Shown: piece by piece, positions 35,478 through 43,650 of the stretch | How the letters are laid out: each line of letters begins with the position of its first letter | Position numbering within the stretch: the stretch's first letter is position 1 | Source: an uncultured Chryseobacterium sp. | GTDB lineage: Bacteria; Bacteroidota; Bacteroidia; Flavobacteriales_F; PHOS-HE28 | Direction of reading: 5' to 3' | NCBI GenBank assembly: GCA_964592515.1 | Contig: CAZQFG010000002.1 | Location: forward strand, 1 to 48,688 | DNA length: 48,688 nucleotides | Notes under the pieces: generated by a model | Database searches by the model: none | Told to the model about the DNA's origin: nothing | Seen by the model: only the letters and a program-made list of their open reading frames with translations | Program-made: the position numbers and the translations under genes

Positions 35478-36899
35478 TCAGAAGGGTTGTGTGAAATGTA
35501 GGAAGAAACCGCTCTCGCCAAGTGCGTTCAGCGTGAACTCGCCGCGGATCACCTGGTCGTAGCTGCTCACCACGTCCAGGCCAATGCCGTACCCGCTCAT
35601 CCATTGCCCGGCCAGGAAGTTCTGTTGTGCATAGCGGGTGTCCCAAACGCGACCCACATCGGTGAAGGCGTTGAGGTAAACGGCGAAGTACAGGGTGCGG
35701 AAGGCCTCCATGGGCATCGCCTCCATGCGCCGGGTGGTGGGGCGCACCAGTTGATAGATGAAGTTGGCCTTGCCCAGGGCGTAGTGCTCTCCGTCCACCA
35801 CGTAGTACTCATAACCCCGCACCAGGTCGGAATAGCCCAGGCCCTGTTGCACGTAGTAGGGTGGTGTGCCATCGGTGTATTTGCCGCGCAACGAGAGGCC
35901 GAGGGTGATGCGTTCAGCAGGCTGCCACCACCGCTTCACGCTGGCATAGGCCGTGGTGATGTCGGGGGCTGCCTCGTCAAGGAGGCCTAGGCCAAAGCGG
36001 TCCACCCGCAGTTCGGCGTAGTGGCCCTTGCGGGGATAGATGCGCACATCGCGTCGGTCCCAAGTAATGCCGTAGCCAAGGGTCAGGAAGCGGGTATTGG
36101 TGGCGCTGCCATCGAAGTAGTCCAAGGCCGTGTTCACCACGGTGTCCGTTACATGGGCCTGCACATAGCCGAGCCTGCCGAAGTGCCGCACATCATGCTT
36201 GCGCCGCAGGCTCACCTCCAGGTCCGCCTTCCACTCGGTGCGGTTGGGCCCGTCCGGTCGCGATAGCAGAATGCGTTCGTTGCCCAACGTGCCTGCCGTG
36301 ATCTCCGCCTGCTGCAGGTAGCCACCGCCAATGCTGAGTCCCCAGCGTTGCTGCTTGTCCAGGTTGGGCACCTTGTAACGCAGCGCGAATTGCTGGGTGT
36401 ACCCGAACTGTGCCTTCACGTAGACCGTTTCATTCCGACCGCGGAAGTTATAGCGGTACAGGTAGGCGCCGTAGTTCACCCGGCTGAGGTCCTTGGTGCG
36501 CCACCATGTGTTGAAGTTGGGGTCGGCCAGGTCGAAGATCAACGCGGGCCACAGGTACCACCGCTCGTTCACGGTGACCTGAACCACCACGGTGCGCATA
36601 TCAATGAATAATGGCGCTACCGATACCGTGTTGAAGAGACCGGTGTTCACCAAGTTCTGCCGGCTCCGTTCCAAGCGCTCATAGAATAGCGAGGCCGGCA
36701 TGCTGTCGCCCTCGTGCATCAGCAGTTCGCGCAGGATGATCCGTTCCTTGGTGACCCTGTTGCCCGTGATCTCGATACCGGTGATGCGCAGGTAGGGGTC
36801 TGGCACAGCGACCTGGCCTTGGGCATTAGCACATAGCAACCAGCCGATCAACAAGGCAGTGCAGCGCCATGGCGGTCGCAAGGCCACGGGCATGCTCAT
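35478..36899 (-). CDS. Omp85/BamA-like outer membrane protein (single POTRA + surface-antigen barrel)
   Basis: 473 aa with a signal peptide, a POTRA-like segment (ITGIEITGNRVTKERIILRELLMHEGD...LVNTGLFNTVSV) and a barrel ending ...GFFLHFTQPF. Confidence 0.78.
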   Translation of the reverse strand: MSMPVALRPPWRCTALLIGWLLCANAQGQVAVPDPYLRITGIEITGNRVTKERIILRELLMHEGDSMPASLFYERLERSRQNLVNTGLFNTVSVAPLFIDMRTVVVQVTVNERWYLWPALIFDLADPNFNTWWRTKDLSRVNYGAYLYRYNFRGRNETVYVKAQFGYTQQFALRYKVPNLDKQQRWGLSIGGGYLQQAEITAGTLGNERILLSRPDGPNRTEWKADLEVSLRRKHDVRHFGRLGYVQAHVTDTVVNTALDYFDGSATNTRFLTLGYGITWDRRDVRIYPRKGHYAELRVDRFGLGLLDEAAPDITTAYASVKRWWQPAERITLGLSLRGKYTDGTPPYYVQQGLGYSDLVRGYEYYVVDGEHYALGKANFIYQLVRPTTRRMEAMPMEAFRTLYFAVYLNAFTDVGRVWDTRYAQQNFLAGQWMSGYGIGLDVVSSYDQVIRGEFTLNALGESGFFLHFTQPF

Positions 36900-36906
36900 T
36901 CCTGCG

Positions 36907-37569
36907 CTATAGGTTGATGAACCGCATCAACTCCTCGTAACGGCCACGGAGGTCGTCGTGGAAGCGCGATCCCTGGTAGGTGGTCTTCACCTGGATCTCG
37001 TAACGCTCGAAGGTCTGCAGGATGTCACTGATATCCTCCCGGTTGATCTTCAGGGTGATCTCCATGTGAGTGGAACCGGGCAGGGTGTGGCCGTAAACGC
37101 TCAGCACTTTGGCATCGTTGCCCTCCACGATCCTTGCGATCTGTTGCAGGCTGTAATCCACTTGGTTCATCTCCAGCACCACGATGCTTCCCGGGTCGCT
37201 GATGTTCGTTACCTGGGCCAGGCGCCGCAGGGCCTCGTGTTCGGTAATGGCGCCGAGGTATTCGCCCATATCGCTTACCACGGGCACCACGGTGAGGCCC
37301 CGCTCGCTGAAGAGCTTCATCACTTCGTAGATGTGCTGGCCGCCCTTGGCGAAGGGCACCTCCACCTGGTCCATCACGGCGCCAATGGCAGCGCGCGGAT
37401 CATTGCGGTCCACCAGGTCGCTGTCCTTCACCATGCCCACCAGGCGCCTGCCATCCACCACGGGCAGGTGCCCCACCTTGAATTCCTCCATCCAGTCCAA
37501 GGCACGCGAAACGTCGTCCTGTGGGCGCAGGGGCGGAATGTCCGGGGTGATCAGGTCGATGGCATGCAT
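36907..37569 (-). CDS. CBS-domain pair protein
   Basis: The ATG at 37569 ([14 protein letters not shown]) gives 220 aa with two CBS motifs ([15 protein letters not shown]; [17 protein letters not shown]) and a small C-terminal domain. Confidence 0.85.
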   Translation of the reverse strand: MHAIDLITPDIPPLRPQDDVSRALDWMEEFKVGHLPVVDGRRLVGMVKDSDLVDRNDPRAAIGAVMDQVEVPFAKGGQHIYEVMKLFSERGLTVVPVVSDMGEYLGAITEHEALRRLAQVTNISDPGSIVVLEMNQVDYSLQQIARIVEGNDAKVLSVYGHTLPGSTHMEITLKINREDISDILQTFERYEIQVKTTYQGSRFHDDLRGRYEELMRFINL

Positions 37570-37604
37570 GGTCTCTTCGCCTCGTGGGCGCTGGTGTTGG
37601 GTCC

Positions 37605-37612
37605 TACTTTTG
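37605..37612 (+). promoter_or_regulatory. Candidate -7 box (TACTTTTG) for pdxJ
   Basis: Matches TAnnTTTG in the 81-nt divergent intergenic region, 39 nt upstream of the pdxJ GTG. Confidence 0.35.
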
Positions 37613-37650
37613 TGGCCCCGCAACCCGTGGGCCAAGGTAACGCATCACCC

Positions 37651-38364
37651 GTGACACGACTTAGCGTCAACATCAACAAGCTGGCCACCTTGCGGAACGC
37701 ACGCGGGGGTAACAATCCCGATGTGGTGAGAACGGCCTTGGACATTGAACGGTTCGGTGCCCAGGGTATTACGGTACACCCCCGGCCTGATGAACGGCAC
37801 ATCCGCAGGAGCGATGTGCGTGCCTTGCGCCCGCTGCTCACCACCGAGTTCAACATCGAGGGCTATCCATCGGACGACTTCATGGCACTCGTACTGGATG
37901 TACGGCCGCACCAGGTCACCCTTGTGCCAGACCCGCCCGATGTGCTTACGAGCAATTCCGGGTGGGATGCGCTGGGGCAGAAGGCCCTGTTGAAGGAAGT
38001 GGTGGGGCGCTTGAAGGCTGAGGGCATCCGCACTTCGATCTTCATGGGCACCGATGTGGAGCAAGTGTCCCACGCGGCGGAGACGGGGACCGACCGTATC
38101 GAGCTTTACACCGAACCATACGCGGCCGGGTATCACGCCAACAGGGAAGCCGCCGTGGAGCCTTTCGTGCGTGCGGCCGAACGCGCGCTGCGGGTGGGAT
38201 TGGGGCTGAATGCCGGGCATGATCTTGACCTGCATAACCTCGGGTTCTTCCAACGCCATGTGCAGGGCCTGCTCGAGGTCTCCATCGGCCACGCACTGAT
38301 CTGCGATGCGCTCACTTATGGACTGGAGAACACCGTTCAACTCTACCTCCGGGAGCTCCGATGA
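37651..38364 (+). CDS. pdxJ: Pyridoxine 5'-phosphate synthase
   Basis: The track ORF (36958-38364) is a long antisense extension over the CBS gene. The PdxJ homology begins at the GTG at 37651 ([19 protein letters not shown]), giving 237 aa with HPRPDERHI and NAGHDL motifs. Confidence 0.92.
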   Translation: MTRLSVNINKLATLRNARGGNNPDVVRTALDIERFGAQGITVHPRPDERHIRRSDVRALRPLLTTEFNIEGYPSDDFMALVLDVRPHQVTLVPDPPDVLTSNSGWDALGQKALLKEVVGRLKAEGIRTSIFMGTDVEQVSHAAETGTDRIELYTEPYAAGYHANREAAVEPFVRAAERALRVGLGLNAGHDLDLHNLGFFQRHVQGLLEVSIGHALICDALTYGLENTVQLYLRELR

Positions 38365-39152
38365 CCGTTGATCTTCATTACCGCCGTCTTGGGCCGGTGG
38401 GGGCTACACCCATAGTTGTGCTGCACGGCCTTTTCGGCACGTCGGACAACTGGGGAAGCATAGGTCGCGAACTGGCCGAGCCATCTGAAGCTGGTCAACC
38501 GGCCTTCGATGTGATCCTTGTGGACCTCCGTGATCACGGACGTTCGCCGCACACCGAGGCAACATCGTACGACCTGATGGCGGCTGATGTGCATGCCCTC
38601 ACGGAACGATCGGGCCTCCGGGACATCATTCTGGTAGGGCATAGCATGGGCGGCAAGGCGGCCATGGTCTTCGCACAACAATGGCCGCAGTTGGTGAAGC
38701 ACCTCGTGGTCATTGATATCAGCCCGAAGGAGCATGCCAACAATCACGGCCATATCATTGATGCTCTGCTTACCGCCGACCTGTCGAAAGGCCGCACGCG
38801 CAAGGAAGTGGAGGCGCACATCTCGGCGCAGGTGAAGGAGCCGGGCGTAGTGCAGTTCCTGATGAAGAACCTGTATTGGCGCACCGAGGATGAACTGGCC
38901 TGGCGTGTGAACGCGCCCCTGCTGGCACGCGACCTCGATGCGATCCTGGCGTCCATCGGGCCGGAGACCGTACGCGTACCCACGCTGTTCATCCGCGGCG
39001 GGCAAAGCGACTACATCCTGCGTGAGGACATCCCGGCCATTAAGGAGCAGTTCCCAAATGCTCGGGTGGAAACAGTGCCCTACGCCGGACATTGGGTGCA
39101 TGCCCAGGCGCCCGATGAAGTGATCGGCATGATACGTGCCGTCGCCCAATGA
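38361..39152 (+). CDS. Alpha/beta-fold hydrolase
   Basis: 263 aa with an oxyanion-region VVLHGLFG, the nucleophile elbow GHSMGG and a C-terminal His (AGHWVH). ATGA overlap with pdxJ. Confidence 0.88.
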   Translation: MTVDLHYRRLGPVGATPIVVLHGLFGTSDNWGSIGRELAEPSEAGQPAFDVILVDLRDHGRSPHTEATSYDLMAADVHALTERSGLRDIILVGHSMGGKAAMVFAQQWPQLVKHLVVIDISPKEHANNHGHIIDALLTADLSKGRTRKEVEAHISAQVKEPGVVQFLMKNLYWRTEDELAWRVNAPLLARDLDAILASIGPETVRVPTLFIRGGQSDYILREDIPAIKEQFPNARVETVPYAGHWVHAQAPDEVIGMIRAVAQ

Positions 39153-39787
39153 ACATGAGGTTCCGCCTGCTGGTCATCGGAATGCTGCTTTTTGCCTGCA
39201 AGGCATGGGCCCAGGAGGACTCTACATGGGTGACCTACTCGGCCGGCATGGACCTTCGCGACGGTGTCTATGCGAGCATGCAGGACTTCCGTTCAAACAG
39301 GCCGGCGGTACCCATTGAAGCCTTGCAGGACCAAGAGGGCCGCCCAGTGGTCGATATCCGCACTTCGCTGGGCAGGCTCACGTTCAAGCCCGATACCGGC
39401 GCGCGACTGACCATCGATCCCAAGCGCATATGGGGTTTCTGCCAGAACGATGTGGTTTATGTGCGGGCCGGCGATGGGTTCTACCGCATCGGGCTTATGG
39501 GCAGCCTGTCCCATTTGGTCTACGAGCAGAGTTACCGCGATTGGGACCCCTACATGTACGGCTACGGCACTACCATGCGGACCATGCTCCAACAGCAGCT
39601 CATTGATGTGTCCGCAGGTACCATGCAGCCCTTTGATGCTGTTGGCATGGAAAAGGCCCTGGCCAGCGATCCGGTGCTTTTGGAGGAGTTCATGTCCTTC
39701 TCCAAGAAACAGCGAAACAGCCCCGAGCTGCTCTTCCGTTTCCTGCGTTCATACAACCAGCTCCACCCCTTGCGTTTCCCTCGGTGA
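39149..39787 (+). CDS. Hypothetical secreted protein
   Basis: 212 aa, signal peptide [26 protein letters not shown] overlap with the upstream gene. No family recognised. Confidence 0.6.
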   Translation: MNMRFRLLVIGMLLFACKAWAQEDSTWVTYSAGMDLRDGVYASMQDFRSNRPAVPIEALQDQEGRPVVDIRTSLGRLTFKPDTGARLTIDPKRIWGFCQNDVVYVRAGDGFYRIGLMGSLSHLVYEQSYRDWDPYMYGYGTTMRTMLQQQLIDVSAGTMQPFDAVGMEKALASDPVLLEEFMSFSKKQRNSPELLFRFLRSYNQLHPLRFPR

Positions 39788-39861
39788 ATGCGGGATGAGC
39801 GGGCCAAGAATGCGAACGTCCATAACTCATGCACCACATTGAACGGCTAATTTGGCCCACG

Positions 39862-40917
39862 ATGCATAGCACATTCATTCCCCGCCTACCAGGTCTGTTC
39901 CTCGGTCTACTTGCACTACCCGCATTGGGCCATGCCCAAGTGAAGCAGGAAATGGTGCCTGCGTTGGTCGGTTTTTATAACGTGGAGAACCTTTACGACA
40001 CGCTCGATGCGCCCGGCGTGGATGATGCCGAGTTCCTGCCTGGATCAGCGAAACAGTGGGGAACCGAGCGCTATGTGAGCAAGTTGGACCGGCTTGCAGG
40101 GGTTATTGCGTCCATGGGGAAGGACCTGCATCCGCAAGGGCTGGCCATACTGGGCCTGGCCGAGGTGGAGAACCGCACCGTGGTGGAGGACCTGGCCAAA
40201 CGCAAGGCCTTGAAAGACCGCGGCTACAAGGTGGTGCATGTCGACGGCCCGGACCGAAGGGGGGTCGATGTGGCCTTGATGTACAACCCGGCCATGTACA
40301 AGGTGTACGCGCACAAGAGCTATCGTCTGCACATGCCCGATACGGCCTTTCGTACGCGCGATCAATTGCTCGTGAGCGGTGTGCTGGACGGAGATACCAC
40401 CCATGTGATCGTGGCCCACTGGCCTTCACGCCGAGGTGGCGAGAAGCGCTCGGAGCCCAACCGTAAGGCGGCTGCTGAGCTGGGGCGCCATATCGTTGAT
40501 TCATTGCTCGCGCGGAACCCGGCCCACAGGGTGCTCTACATGGGCGATCTGAATGACGACCCAAAGAACGTAAGCCTGACCCGCTACTTGAACGCAACCG
40601 GGGACAAGGCGAAGGTCCTAGGGCCTGTGATGTTCAATCCCATGGCGGACCCTTATCGCAAGGGCGTAGGTACTCTGGCCTGGCGCGATTCATGGAACCT
40701 GTTCGATCAGATCGTGATCAACCCTGCACTGCTTTCCGGTGAGGGTGGCCGCTATCGATTCTATGGCGTTCGCATCTTCAACGAACCCTACTTACGGCAG
40801 GACGAAGGCAATTTCGCCGGATACCCGTTCCGCACGTTCGTTGGCGATACCTACCAGGTCGGTTACAGCGACCACTTCCCGGTGTTCCTGATACTGGTCC
40901 GGGACGCGGACAAATAG
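39862..40917 (+). CDS. Secreted endonuclease/exonuclease/phosphatase (EEP) family protein
   Basis: The ATG at 39862 gives the signal peptide MHSTFIPRLPGLFLGLLALPALGHAQ; the ATG at 39829 is also possible. EEP motifs are YNVENLYD, LGLAEVEN, the GDLND region and the terminal SDHFPV. Confidence 0.85.
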   Translation: MHSTFIPRLPGLFLGLLALPALGHAQVKQEMVPALVGFYNVENLYDTLDAPGVDDAEFLPGSAKQWGTERYVSKLDRLAGVIASMGKDLHPQGLAILGLAEVENRTVVEDLAKRKALKDRGYKVVHVDGPDRRGVDVALMYNPAMYKVYAHKSYRLHMPDTAFRTRDQLLVSGVLDGDTTHVIVAHWPSRRGGEKRSEPNRKAAAELGRHIVDSLLARNPAHRVLYMGDLNDDPKNVSLTRYLNATGDKAKVLGPVMFNPMADPYRKGVGTLAWRDSWNLFDQIVINPALLSGEGGRYRFYGVRIFNEPYLRQDEGNFAGYPFRTFVGDTYQVGYSDHFPVFLILVRDADK

Positions 40918-40935
40918 CGTTGATCGCAGCCAAGA

Positions 40936-40970
40936 GAAAGCCCCGCTCCGAGCTTCGGAGCGGGGCTTTC
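40936..40970. terminator. Perfect GC-rich hairpin between convergent genes (bidirectional terminator candidate)
   Basis: GAAAGCCCCGCTCCG-agctt-CGGAGCGGGGCTTTC forms a 15-16 bp perfect stem. It lies 19 nt after the EEP stop and 17 nt after the convergent gene's stop. No long U-tract on either side. Confidence 0.65.
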
Positions 40971-40986
40971 CCAGTGGTATGGTAGA

Positions 40987-42318
40987 TCAGTGCTGCACCA
41001 TCACGCGCACATGCTCAGCACCATCGCCGGTGATGAGGCTGAGCGTATAAAGCCCTTCAGCTGTGGCGGACAGGTCCACGATGGCGCGGTCGCCGGTAAC
41101 GAGCTCGCTACGTACCAAGCGACCATTGGCGTCGAGCATGCGCAGTTCGGCGCGTGTTACTGAACGCTGAAGCTCTATGGTGAACAGGTCCGTGGCCGGG
41201 TTGGGGTAACTGCGTAACACCGCACTGTTCAGGTCTGCCACGCTGTTGTACAGTTCCACATCAGCAGCAAAGCGGGGCAGCAGGCGCCATTCGTTGAAGG
41301 CGTACTGCACAATACCCGTGATGCTGTAGGTGGTGCCGACCACGAAGGGGTGGGCATAGATCACGTCATCCACGAGCAGTGCTCCACCACCATCGTTCAC
41401 GGTGAACTGGCCGAAGGAGCCTTGGGCCGTGCAGGTGGCAGGGGCCACCACGGCGAGCACGCTTTCGTACGGCTCGGTGTTCCCTGCAGCAGTGCTGATG
41501 GGTGTGGCAGGCAAGGAATTGCCACTGCTGACCACGTTCAGGCTCGACAGCCCTGTGAGCTGTGTCTGTCCATTGAACTCGGCCACGGTGCCGGTCAGGG
41601 TGATGGCATCGCCAATGGCCAGGGTACCGGGAGCGTTGAACACATAGATCCCCGTCCAAGGTCCGGTGCCATCCTGAATGAAGAAGCCGCTGGTGCCATT
41701 CAGTGCGGAAACGGTGCCTTGGGTGGCCACCAAAGTGCCTACCAAGGGTGAAGCTCCATCAGGGGCGGTGCTCTCCTGGATCTCTGAGATGGTTGCGGCC
41801 GTCGGTGGAACGACCGTGCCGGTCGCAATTGTCACCCTGTCGATCTCGATACCGGTCGCGGCCGTGTTGTTCACCGAAAGAATGAACTCAGCAAGGGCGC
41901 TGGAGTTCGTGATCGATACGGTCTGGGTGTGCGATTCCCACGTCGTGGTGTTCACCGTTACATAGGGGTTGTATGGTGAATATCCCGACCCGGTGGTGCG
42001 CTCATCGAACACGCCCGTGCGGATGTCGCCCTGACCACGCACCCAGAAAGTGATGTCATATGCTTCGCCGTTGGTCACCGTAACGGCCGTGGTGCTGAAA
42101 CGCTTGTGCGAAGTGCTGGCGTTAATGAGGCGCACGCCAATGGTGTCGTTGGCCTCAACCACGGGCTCCACACCGGTGGCCGCAAGGTTGGTCTTGGAGC
42201 CGAACCAGCCATCGGGAATGGCGCCGGTCCAATCGGAGAATTCGCTGTCGATGTTGACCTGTGCGCCCGAGGTGAGGGCACCCAGCATCATCACCGCTGC
42301 CAGGGTAATGTGTTTCAT
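40987..42318 (-). CDS. T9SS-secreted protein: jelly-roll-like N-domain + OB-like nucleic-acid/ligand-binding-type domains + type-A Por C-terminal sorting domain
   Basis: 443 aa with a signal peptide. The N-domain runs from FSDWTGAIPDGWF to IEIDRVTI. The middle (TISEIQ...GFFIQDGTGPWTGIYVF...GDAITLTGTVAEFNGQTQL) resembles the N-terminal module of ExeM/NucH-type nucleases and DUF5689. The C-terminus (SYPNPATDLFTIEL...GLYTLSLITGDGAEHVRVMVQH) is a type-A T9SS CTD. Confidence 0.78.
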   Translation of the reverse strand: MKHITLAAVMMLGALTSGAQVNIDSEFSDWTGAIPDGWFGSKTNLAATGVEPVVEANDTIGVRLINASTSHKRFSTTAVTVTNGEAYDITFWVRGQGDIRTGVFDERTTGSGYSPYNPYVTVNTTTWESHTQTVSITNSSALAEFILSVNNTAATGIEIDRVTIATGTVVPPTAATISEIQESTAPDGASPLVGTLVATQGTVSALNGTSGFFIQDGTGPWTGIYVFNAPGTLAIGDAITLTGTVAEFNGQTQLTGLSSLNVVSSGNSLPATPISTAAGNTEPYESVLAVVAPATCTAQGSFGQFTVNDGGGALLVDDVIYAHPFVVGTTYSITGIVQYAFNEWRLLPRFAADVELYNSVADLNSAVLRSYPNPATDLFTIELQRSVTRAELRMLDANGRLVRSELVTGDRAIVDLSATAEGLYTLSLITGDGAEHVRVMVQH

Positions 42319-42350
42319 GGTCGTTGGGGGTTAGTGCGTTCTGTTCTTGC

Positions 42351-43622
42351 TTATTGGATCACCACATCATCGATGCGGTAGTTCGTCGTTTGGCTGTTGG
42401 GGCCGGAACCGGTGTAGCGGAACGCCACCACAAAGCTGCCCGTGTATCCATCGGGCAGGAAACCGTCCAAGGGGATCTGTCCTGAGGGGATCCAGGTGTT
42501 GAATGCGTGTGTGGGTGAGTTCGCGAAGGTGGCCCCGGTGATCTCGTTCCAGTTCGCTGTTGGTGCATTGGTGCCGTTGAAGTTCGTGCTCACGAAGGCC
42601 TTGAACGGGACCTGACCATCCACCCAGAACGCATATTGGGTGCGCATCGAAAGGCTCATTCCGGGGGTGAACTGCAGGTTCGGGCTGATCAACCAGGCCA
42701 CATCAGAGGAGTTTGAGCTTTGGAACGCTGTCGCTTGGGCACATATCTGGCCTGCATCGCTGTATCCACGCCACACCCTGGAGCCGGCGGTGGCCACATT
42801 GAACCAGCACTCCAGTGAAAGGTCCACGTTGGAGGTTCCTGTGGCAAAATCCTGTGAAACGCTCGCGACCGGGTCGCACGGCTCGGGGATCGGGTCGCAA
42901 CGCACTCCGGTCAATTGTACCTCGCTGATGTCGCGGATGAACAATTGCATGTCGTTGTTGAACTGGCCCACCACGGCGACAAAGCTGCCGTTACCGGTGG
43001 GCAGGGATTGCCCGGCGAAGTTGGCGAAGCCACTGGTGCGCACGATCACATTGTTCTGGCAGTCGGAAAGTGTCCTGTTCACCGTTGTTTGGTTCACCGC
43101 ATCGGCGTACGTGCTGCCCAGCTCCGATTGGATGAATTCCACGTTCTCCAAACGAATGAGCTTTGCTTGCATCGATGGTGTGATCTGCGAGATCGTCACG
43201 AGTTCAGGCTCCTTGTCGATCAGCGTGGCCTGCTTCACCACGTTATTGTCCACGTTCACGCTGTCCAACTGCAACAGGCCTTGGTACATGCTCAGGGTCG
43301 TACCCGGCAGATAAATGCGGATGCTGTCACCTTGGTAAAGCCCTCCCGGGTTCACCAAGCGCATTACGATCGCGCCAGTGTGGTCCTGCACGAACACGTT
43401 CTTGTACAGGTTGCCGCTTTGTTCATCAGCGGTCACCACAGCGTAAACCGAGCTGTCGCCTCGGAATTTGATGGGGTTGCCTGTGAACAGGCCGCGCAGT
43501 TCGGCCACTGTCAGCACTGAGCCGGTTGGCAGCGAGCGCACGGGGGGAGCGTCGAATTCCTTTTTACAGGCGACCGCCAGCACCACCAGGCTTGCGATCA
43601 GAACAGAGAGACGGAAATTCAT
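42351..43622 (-). CDS. DUF5689-like lipoprotein with C-terminal choice-of-anchor-J/jelly-roll-like domain
   Basis: The ATG at 43622 gives MNFRLSVLIASLVVLAVAC (lipobox LAVAC); the ATG at 43646 is an alternative. The module TVAELRGLF...VYAVVTADEQSGNLYKNVFVQDHTGAIVMRL...GDSIRIYLPGTTLSMYQGLLQL matches my recollection of DUF5689. The C-terminus ends ...NYRIDDVVIQ. Confidence 0.72.
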   Translation of the reverse strand: MNFRLSVLIASLVVLAVACKKEFDAPPVRSLPTGSVLTVAELRGLFTGNPIKFRGDSSVYAVVTADEQSGNLYKNVFVQDHTGAIVMRLVNPGGLYQGDSIRIYLPGTTLSMYQGLLQLDSVNVDNNVVKQATLIDKEPELVTISQITPSMQAKLIRLENVEFIQSELGSTYADAVNQTTVNRTLSDCQNNVIVRTSGFANFAGQSLPTGNGSFVAVVGQFNNDMQLFIRDISEVQLTGVRCDPIPEPCDPVASVSQDFATGTSNVDLSLECWFNVATAGSRVWRGYSDAGQICAQATAFQSSNSSDVAWLISPNLQFTPGMSLSMRTQYAFWVDGQVPFKAFVSTNFNGTNAPTANWNEITGATFANSPTHAFNTWIPSGQIPLDGFLPDGYTGSFVVAFRYTGSGPNSQTTNYRIDDVVIQ

Positions 43623-43650
43623 CAGGAAGGGGTGACGTTGGGTCATGGGA

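Noticed and set aside
36958-37650. The 231-codon upstream part of the 468-aa track ORF that ends as pdxJ.
   Set aside because: It is antisense to a well-supported CBS-domain gene and has a His/Gly/Val-rich nonsense translation. PdxJ homology starts exactly at the GTG at 37651.
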